From a virus (Duplodnaviria > Caudoviricetes): a stretch of 64,000 bases of DNA. This document shows, piece by piece, positions 33,371-42,400 of the stretch. The notes under the pieces were generated by a model. That model worked only from the letters and a program-made list of their open reading frames with translations, was not told the DNA's origin and searched no databases. How positions within the stretch are numbered: position 1 is the stretch's first letter; each line of letters begins with the position of its first letter. The translations under genes were made by a program, and so were the position numbers. The DNA is taken from positions 13,731-77,730 of the IMG/VR virus record IMGVR_UViG_3300022899_000001, one strand, 5' to 3'.

Positions 33371-34720
33371 ATGCCAATTAACCCTTACACTGGCGGTGAT
33401 CCAAACACATTCTTGCAACGCAATTACGGTGTTCTGCCGTCGCTCTCCGGCAGGCGATTCAGCGGTGTGCCAACTGGCCAAGTGGTTCTCGATTCGTTGA
33501 TGGGGTATATTGACAGTGGGACCGGACGACCGTTCACTGGGGCCCTTGGCACCACGGGCAAGTTTGTCGTGAACGGCAAATTGTCTGACACTGACCCAAA
33601 CGCCGTGCCGAAACCCGACTTCCAGCGCAACGTCCTCTATCCCGAAATCGCTACACCCGCCACGGCGCTCGCCAAGACTATCGGCACCGGCTCATCTCTG
33701 ACGCCAGATTTTAATAAACTCGCCACAGACTACCGTGCGGCTTCCGACACCGCGCTCAAGTCTTACGACACTGCCCCGCTCGAAACCGAAGTGCGCGGGT
33801 TGCAGAAGTCCTACGAGACTGGCCAAGGCGATGTCCTCTCGAAGTTCAGCGACAGCAATGCGCGGTATGCGCAGGAAGCCAAGGACGCGATTGCCCGGCT
33901 GACCTCGCAACTGGACAAGACCGAATCCAACATTCGGCAGCAGGCCGGTGCCGCTTCATCCCTTGGCGCATCCATCGCACGGTTTCCTGGTGTTGGAGGT
34001 TCCGACACGATCACGTCCAACAACGCTGGCTTGGCTCCGCGCATTGCCCGCGCATCGCTCCTGCCGCAGCTTGCGGCTGAGGAACGCATCGGCAACCAAC
34101 GCTATGGCCAGATTGCCAACATTGAGATGCCGCTGAACCGCGAACTCTACGGCAACGATCAGGGTTTGCTCAGTTTCACCGCCGCGTTGAATGACAAATT
34201 TCGTGGCGACAGATTCCAGATTGCGTCCTTCCTGAACGATGTCAAAACGCGGATGGCCGCGATGCCATTGCAGTTGCAGGAGAACTACGCCAATTACGTC
34301 CTGAAGCTGATTGGCGGTGAACAGGCGATTGCAGCAGGCCAGTTGTCGAACCTGTCAGCCGCGCAACGGTTGATTGCCGCGAGTGAATATCTGGAGCGTA
34401 ACATTCCTGAGCCAGCCACGGCGCCAATGTTGAGTTATCCGGTCAGCACGCCGGGTTATGCGCCCGTGCGTCAGCCGCAGAATGTGTCGGTTAATGATCT
34501 GCTGAATTTGCTGGCGCAACGCAGTGGCCAGCCTGCTCAACCCGGAGTCCAACCCGTGTATCCGAATCCAAGTCAGTACCTCAATCGTGCGACACCGAGC
34601 ATTCCTTTCGACCCCTACGCTGTTAGTGGTGGTTCTGCGGTTGTGAACGGGAACTACTACGGCCCTAGCACAGGCGCGGCTGCTGACCAATGGTGGAACG
34701 ATTCGCTTATGGGTGGATGA
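33371..34720 (+). CDS. Internal virion/ejection protein
   Basis: 449 aa, A/Q/G-rich and helical, upstream of the giant gene. Confidence 0.55.
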   Translation: MPINPYTGGDPNTFLQRNYGVLPSLSGRRFSGVPTGQVVLDSLMGYIDSGTGRPFTGALGTTGKFVVNGKLSDTDPNAVPKPDFQRNVLYPEIATPATALAKTIGTGSSLTPDFNKLATDYRAASDTALKSYDTAPLETEVRGLQKSYETGQGDVLSKFSDSNARYAQEAKDAIARLTSQLDKTESNIRQQAGAASSLGASIARFPGVGGSDTITSNNAGLAPRIARASLLPQLAAEERIGNQRYGQIANIEMPLNRELYGNDQGLLSFTAALNDKFRGDRFQIASFLNDVKTRMAAMPLQLQENYANYVLKLIGGEQAIAAGQLSNLSAAQRLIAASEYLERNIPEPATAPMLSYPVSTPGYAPVRQPQNVSVNDLLNLLAQRSGQPAQPGVQPVYPNPSQYLNRATPSIPFDPYAVSGGSAVVNGNYYGPSTGAAADQWWNDSLMGG

Positions 34721-35795
34721 CATTATGCCAGACCTACGCTTTTTCGGCTCAACAGTTGACGCGATTGCCCCGCAAGAGCAAAACGTCCTGTCGCAATTTC
34801 GGACGCACAACTGGCAGGTCGAAGCCGCTAACGCTGCCGCTGCCGAACGTGCCCGCCAAGCCTCGATGGACGCATGGCGCTTTGGCCAGCAGAACGAGCA
34901 GCAGCAGGCGCAGCAGGATTACGCCAACCGAATCAACCTCGCGCAGTTTGCAGATCGCTCCATTCGCGACACCACAGGCGAGAATCTTGATCTGTACAAG
35001 TTTGAGGCTCTAAGGAAGGACGCGGCCAGACGTGAGGCAACCGTGGCGCAGTTGCGACGTGAGGAAATAAAAGCCACATCCGACGCCCGCAAGAATCCTG
35101 TCGAAGAACGCTTGGCGCAATATGAGGACAAGCGGGCGCAAGACATGGCCGACTCCGGCGAATGGAACGATGTAGCCCACATCCTTTCCGTTCATCCGAC
35201 GATACCGCCAGCTTTGGCAAAGCAATACGCCATTCGTTCCGCTCAAGTCAGGGCCAGCATTGACGCAGAGGATGCTCAGGTAAAGTCTGCCGCGAACACG
35301 CTCAATCAATATCAGAAGTTGCTGGCCGAACAGAAAGCACTCGCGACTCCGAACACCTTTGGTGATTGGGCGCACGCTGGAACTCCAAACGCCGACTTGA
35401 AGGCTCGCGCCGAGGCTATCAGCGCGAAGCTCAAAGCCATCGGCCCAGGTTATCAGAAGTTCACCGACCCGAAGAATCCGATTTCCACACTGCTGAACTT
35501 CGATCCAGTCGCTGGCGAATGGACACCCGCGCTTCCTGTCCGACCGTGGCAGGTTAAGAGCGCCGCTCCAGTCACGCAGTTTGCGCCAAGCACGACTCCA
35601 CCATCAATCCCCCGCGTTGACCTCTCGCAATTCAGCACGGCGACGAATGCGCCGGTGGCCGCGCCTGCCATCATTTCATCGCCAGCGCACAGTATTCGCG
35701 TCCGGTATCCAAGCATTGACCACGTTCGCGCTGATGTACAGTCGGGCCGTCTCACTGACCAACAAGCTTTGGAGATTCTGACAACCGCGTTCTGA
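34713..35795 (+). CDS. Internal virion/ejection protein
   Basis: 360 aa, coiled A/Q/E-rich. Confidence 0.55.
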   Translation: MDDIMPDLRFFGSTVDAIAPQEQNVLSQFRTHNWQVEAANAAAAERARQASMDAWRFGQQNEQQQAQQDYANRINLAQFADRSIRDTTGENLDLYKFEALRKDAARREATVAQLRREEIKATSDARKNPVEERLAQYEDKRAQDMADSGEWNDVAHILSVHPTIPPALAKQYAIRSAQVRASIDAEDAQVKSAANTLNQYQKLLAEQKALATPNTFGDWAHAGTPNADLKARAEAISAKLKAIGPGYQKFTDPKNPISTLLNFDPVAGEWTPALPVRPWQVKSAAPVTQFAPSTTPPSIPRVDLSQFSTATNAPVAAPAIISSPAHSIRVRYPSIDHVRADVQSGRLTDQQALEILTTAF

Positions 35796-35796
35796 T

Positions 35797-36486
35797 ATGA
35801 CTCAGGAAGAAGCCGCAGCATTATTGCAATCGTGGAAAACAGTGCCAGCAACAGGAACAGCCACGAACGCCGCGCCTGCAATTCTCTCGCCGCAACCGCG
35901 ATGGCAGAACAACCCTGAAACATCCATGCAATACTGGTCACGCTCTCCAATTGTTGAGCGTGCGCCGGGATTTGTTCGCTCTGGTGCCGAACTCGTCGGC
36001 CAAGGTGCCGGAGATGTTGTTGATGCAATGCAGCTTCCAGCCCGCGTAGCTTGGAATGCTCCGATTCAAGCGGGCCGCTACGTCACTGATACGCCGGTTG
36101 GCCAATCCGTAATTCGCGGCGCTGGTGCTGTTGGTAACGAAATGGGTAGGGACATCAGAGCCGGATGGAACGCATTTGCCGCGCCGATCCGTTACGTCGG
36201 CGGGGAGCTAAACCGGACGATTGTTCAACCTGTGGCTGAACTTGGAGGCGCATTGGCCGAAGATGTTGGGCGTGGCGCTCGTGTAGTCGGGGACGCCGTT
36301 AGCCGTGGAGTTGGCGCGGTTGCCGGAGCCGCTGGACGCGGCGTGGCATCCGGCGCAAGATGGGCGCGTGAGAATGTAATCCCGCCGCCGATTGCCACAC
36401 CACAATCACGACAGGAATACGACATGCTCCGGCCCGGAACGCTTTACATTGACCCGCAGACTGGGAAAACGTATCGCAAGCAATGA
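35797..36486 (+). CDS. Internal virion protein
   Basis: 229 aa, G/A/V-rich, ending EYDMLRPGTLYIDPQTGKTYRK, a terminal motif common in ejection proteins. Confidence 0.55.
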   Translation: MTQEEAAALLQSWKTVPATGTATNAAPAILSPQPRWQNNPETSMQYWSRSPIVERAPGFVRSGAELVGQGAGDVVDAMQLPARVAWNAPIQAGRYVTDTPVGQSVIRGAGAVGNEMGRDIRAGWNAFAAPIRYVGGELNRTIVQPVAELGGALAEDVGRGARVVGDAVSRGVGAVAGAAGRGVASGARWARENVIPPPIATPQSRQEYDMLRPGTLYIDPQTGKTYRKQ

Positions 36487-36489
36487 GTC

Positions 36490-39400
36490 ATGCCTTTCTC
36501 GGATACCGATGAACTGGTTTACGACACACCGAAGTCCTCTTTCTCGGAATCCGACGCACCTGTAGAACCACCTCCGCAAGCAATTCCTGCTGACAATCAA
36601 GGCGGCTACCTTACCGAAGTCGCACGCGGCCTGACGCAGTTTGTTCCTGCGGCAATCAAAACGATTTCCACTGTTGGTGAACGTCAAAAGTTTACTCCAT
36701 TCGGTCCAACTGCCCGCGAAGTTGCTGACTACGCCTTGCGGAAGGTTGGTGTTGAACCCGCGCCCGGAGAACTTCCTGAGACTCGTCCAATCTACAAGAT
36801 TGGCCAGCGTGTCGAGGATGTTTTGAACCAAGCCTACCCCGCTGTGCCTGAACCAGAGCGCAATCTTGGACACGACGTTGCAGCCGGACTTGGCCAGATG
36901 GCTTCCATGTTGGCAGGCGGTGTTGGAGCGCGGGCCGCTGGCGCAACCGCTAAAGGCGCGGCAGGTATCGCAACATTGCTTGGCGGTGTTCAAGAGTTCG
37001 ATGATGCTTTTGGCCGCTCACGACAGCGCGGCGATGATCCTGACACCGCGTTTGCCAAGTCACTTGGCTATTCCACCGTCGCGGCTTTGATCGAAAACCA
37101 TCTTGGTGCCGGACGCATTCTCAAGAAGTATTTCCCTGATCCTGCCGAAGCCGCCCGCAAGCTGAGTGCGTGGGGAGTCAGTAAAGCTGTGGCTGGCTCA
37201 CTCGCTGTCGGTTTTGGCGAGGAAGGCTCACAACGATTCGCGCAGAACTGGATTGTCGAAGGCAAGCCGTCATTGGAAGGTGTCGTTCAGGAAGGCGCAC
37301 CGGGCGGCATAGTTCAGGCGATAGCGGAACTGCCAGCGACTTTGTTGAGAACAAAAGGCGGTCGAGTGCGCCGTCCAACACAAGCACAACCTACGGAGGA
37401 AACAGATGCCACAAGAACTGGAATCCCAATTGAAGCGCCGGGCACGCAAGCTCCACCTGTCGAAGAAGCGGACAGGGGCATACGTGTACGGGACACTGCG
37501 CAAAACCGGATGGGAGCCCCAGCCATCCTCGCACCGCCGCAAGCAGAAGCGCCTGTCGTCGCGACGACGCCGGTAGCGCCGCTGGCTCTGCCTTCCGTCG
37601 GGGAATCAATTGAACATCCTGTCGTTGGCCAGAAGTTTATAGTTCCACGCCAACTGCGGCTGGCAGATGCTCCGGTTGATACCGAAGTGACCGTGGAGAG
37701 CGTGAAGCGTGGCCCTGACACAAGAGGGGGTAGTCAGACTATCGAAGTTAGATTTTCAGACGGAAATACCAGTGGGAGAAACGCCGGCCAACAATCCGAC
37801 GGAACATTTGTTCCTGTTGATGACATCGTTAATCAGATTCTTTCCGAGCGGAAAGCCAGACCATCTCCTGCGCCGGTCGCCCCTGCGGTTGTTCCGCCAG
37901 TCGTCCTACCCAAGATCGCCCCCGTCGTTTTCAAATCACTCGACCCGATGAATCCGTCCATCGGCTGGTTTGAATTGACCGAGCCGTTCACAGCGCCAGA
38001 AACAGGACGCACGACGGCAGCAGGCGGACGGCTCAACTCGAATCAAATCGAACAATACGGCATGTCGCTGGAAGGGCCTGCTAAGGCAGCGTTCGAGGAA
38101 GCGAAGAAACGAACTTCAGTTAGCAATGCACCCAAGGAACCGAGTGTGGCGGCGGGAGACCAACTAACACCCGTTAGTGAGGGAACAACTCCCGCCGCTG
38201 CTCCTGTAAATGTTCCAACCCCAATCGCAAATGTTCCAACCCCTGCGCCCGTTGCAGCGAAGCCTGCCGAGACTCTCCCGCAAGGGAAAGCTTGGTCTGT
38301 GCCTTGGGCTGATGGTCGGGCGCGTGCATGGTTTAAGACGAAAGAAGCAGCAGACGAATTCTATCGCCAGAAACTTTCAGAGAACGATGTTGATGGTCCT
38401 CCAGAAATTGGTGAACCAACCAAAGGAGTTAAATATGCCGACGAAAAGTATCAAATTCCGAAGGCTGCCAAGGGCTCAAGTGAATCGAATATTAAAGCAG
38501 ACGATTTGGCTGGAGTATTGGGAGAGGGTGCAGGAGGCGGCGCGGCCAGAACTGAAGGCCCTATTGCGATCTCACCAACTACGCCCACGGTGTGGAAGGT
38601 AAGCTATACAGATTTGGAAACCCGTGCTGCCAAGCGCCCATTCTTCAAGCATGTCGTCTATTCAGAAGGTGCGACTCGTCAGGAAGCCATAGACAGAGTT
38701 AAATCTTATCACGGAAATCTTTCAAAGTGGGGAGAGTTTAGAGCCTCAAAAGCTGAAGGTAAAAAGGCTGATTCGTTCTTCCGTGCTCCAGTTGAAGAAA
38801 CCCCCGGCCCAGCGAGCGATGTTTCACCGAAACAGAGCGCCCAAGCTGAGGCGGGACAGTCAATCGTTCAAACTCCAAGTGTTGCGCCGGTTGAGCAGAC
38901 AGTCAAGCTCGTGGCTGATGTTGGGGATGAAGTTACATTCACGCCTTCTGCAAAGAAGGGATTGGCTGTTTCTGGAATCGTTCAGGAAATTGTGAACGGT
39001 GGGCGTGGCTACAACATTCTTTCGCCGCTTCCGAATGATCCAAACCGCGTTGTTCGCGTTTGGCTTGAAGATGGAAGGGTTGAGAAGAAAGCTGCGCCTG
39101 ATACTGCGTCCTTGTTGACGGTTGATGTTCCATTCACCGATGATGCCCGCCGCCGAATAAAAGCTGTTGACCTTCAGCAAGCGCAGTTGCGTGGCGAATA
39201 CCAAAAGATTCAGGACGAGATAAAGTCACTCGAAAAGACCATCAAGCCTCAACGTGGTAATGCTTACTCACGGAGTAAGATCAAGGCGAGCGCAAAACGA
39301 TTAGATGTAGAGCGTTTCCATGCGCTCCAGAAGCAGGCTCGAACGATTGACGAGCAGCTTCATGCTTTGGACGAATCGGCACGAGTGGACAGAAGGCTGA

Positions 39401-42400
39401 TTGACCAGTCGGTTTCAGCAGATGTCGTCAACAATCCACAGAAGTCGCTCGCGCAACGATTGGTTCATCGAGTCTCGCTCTGGCAAGACCAGAATCCCGG
39501 CGCACGGGTGCCACCAGAATTGGTGAAGGCGAGAGACGCCGAGCTTTACAGAGAATTGAAGGCGGTATTCCCCGACGCAACAGATGCAGAACTGCTTTCT
39601 ATGCGCGATGAAGCGCAACGCAACGCCTACTTTGGTGATCCGATTACCGGCTCTGGAATTGGACCGAAGTTGGACATTCAAACGAGTCGCCGTGCCGCTC
39701 TTGATGCTGCCGTCAATGCGCCAGACATTCCGAAGCATTTATTTTCCGAAGCGTTTCGCGACAAATTGAATCGCTACCGCACTGGCGACCGGCCTTACGG
39801 TGGAAAGATTGATCCTAACGCGCCAGTCGAGCCGCTGTCTGCAACCGTCTTGGCCGAACTCAAGGCTGACATCCAATCCGAAACCACGCGCATTCGTGAA
39901 GAACTGGCTGCGACGGAGAAAAAGAACGCCGAAGAAAAAGCGGCCAATGAAGCGCAGGAGGCAAAACTCATTCGGGCAGCGGAAACTGAAGCCGCATCAG
40001 CTAAAGGCATCCCGGCAAAGCAGGTTAAATCAGAACTCGTTTCCAGAATTAAGAAGGCGATTGATGACCTTGTGGCGTCTGACGAAATAACCCTGACCAA
40101 GAACGACGAAGGCACTTACGCGGCCCAAGGCAAAGGCGGCGGATTCTCGTTCGGTGAAATCGAACCTGCTGGCAGTGGGCGATTCAAGGTAACAACGTGG
40201 CAACCGGGAGATACCAAGACTAAAATTTCCGCTGCGGTCGGCTCTCAAGCAGAAGCAGAAAGCATTATCAAGGCAATGGCCGCGCAAGGCTCTGGCAAGG
40301 TCGTCATTGGAGTCCCCGGCGATGGCGTGTTCCGACTTTACAAACACGGGCCTTCATTGCTTCAGGTTTGGTCAGATGCTCGCAAGATTGAGGTTTCTTC
40401 AGGTGGCCCAAACTATCGCAGCGTCGGCGGTGCTGAAAAGCCCCCATCCTCAATCAAGACCGTCGCTGACTGGAATGCCGCGAAAGAATATCACGGCTTG
40501 CAGGCAAGCGACGAAATCTCAACGTGGTCGCCCGCGCTTTTGGAGGTTGCAAAGAAGATCAATCCGAAAAACCCTGAGACGGTCAATACCGCTGCGGTGG
40601 ACAAATGGATTGAGAAGCGGCGAACAGAAAAGTCTGAAGGCTCCGCCAGCCTCACTGAATCAACTGGCGCAATTTCCGAACAGTCAGCCCAACCCATCAT
40701 CGCCGCATGGCGCAAAGAGAACCCAAACGCGCCAGAAGTCCAAGTCGTCAACCGCCCGGAATGGACGCAAACCGGAAGCGACGGCAAACAATACGGCGTG
40801 CGCGGATGGTGGGATGGACAGAAGATCGTCATAAACCTGGCGCATGTGGCCAATGCCGACGCGGTTCGCGAAGTCCTCAATCACGAATTGATTCATCCGT
40901 TGCTGGACTCAGCGCAAGGACGAGCCGCAATCGAGTCAGCCATCACACAGGAACTTGGCGGCGACGCTCTTGCCAAAATCAGGCAGCGTTACAAACAGGG
41001 TGCGACTGAGAGTGACGAACAGTATCAACGCCGCGCAATGGCAGAATGGTTCGCGCAGTTGAAGGAGACGACGCCGACACTTTGGCAGCGCATCGTTGCC
41101 CGCATCCGTGAGTTTCTGTCCAAGTTGAATGTGGCTGGATTGTCTGACGATGAGATCGGGCGGGCGATTCTCAGGAATCTTGAATCAGCTTCGGAATTTC
41201 AGGCGCAAGAAGCTGTCGGCGCCGCCAGCCTTGGCGAAGAATCCGTCCCGCCGTGGCAGATGACGCAAAAGGATTTCGCCAAGAAGTATTACGAGGCGAA
41301 TCCAGAGGAACGAGAGAAGGCGATGCGCGGCATTGGTGTAAGTGCTGAAACGCTTCATCGCGCTGCCGTCCGCCGTGCGGCTCGTGCTGGCATTCCGATC
41401 CCCGAATTCAACCAGCGTTATCTCGAAGGACAAGCCAGCCTGACGAATGAGCCGGTTGAGAATGAAGTGCGCGGCTCGGTCATTGACCCGGCCACTGGCA
41501 AATGGGCTGAGGAAGCGGAGCCCAGCGGCGACATCGTTCAAATCGCTGGCATAGAATACAACATTCTCGGCAAGGAACGGCTGACGCCCGAACAGAAGGC
41601 GGCGGCGGATACCCGTGCCAGCGATTACGTCGAGTCTCTGAATCTTCCCGGCGAAGCGGATTTATCGTCTGGAACGCAACGCGGCGCTACGGACACAAAC
41701 CTCGTTTTCAAACTCGAATCCGATGGGCAGAACCATGATGACGCGGGCGAGGCATTGCTGAAACATCTGACGGAACAAATCCAGTCGCAACACCAACCGG
41801 GCGGCGATCCCGCTTACGTGTCGAGTCTCGTCAACTTCCTGAACAAGAATTTCAACGTCGGCAATTTGCAGGGTGTTTTCAGCGACGGAATGATTCAACG
41901 GCTGATGGAAATATCCGTTGGCGAATCGTCCTGGCGCGGCACGATGCTGCGGGCCATCACCGGCATCACCGAGGACATGGGGACTGTCGCCCGCAACGCG
42001 AAGTTTTTCCTGCGTCGAACCTACGAGAATATGTTCGGCGGTGATCTCACGCGCAAGATCATGGACCGGATTGCGCTCAACTTCCGCGAACGATTCACTG
42101 GTGAGGAAATTGAACGGCTTTACAACGAGAATCCCAAGTTGCAGGAATTGTTCCTTGGCGTCGTTGGCCGGCTCAAAGTGAAGCCGTCCTTGCGCGATGT
42201 CATTCTGGAAATCTTCGCCACACCGATCAACAAGCAGGACGACATCGTGGAGAGGTTCGTGGACACGATGGTGAACAAGTTCAGCGCAACGCCATCGGAA
42301 GCGGCTCGACTCAAGTCTGAATTCAGCGCCACGTTCGCCCGCAGCTTCGCGGTCGCCCGCGAGAAGGCACAGGCGAAGGCGCTGGCCACACTGCTGCCGG

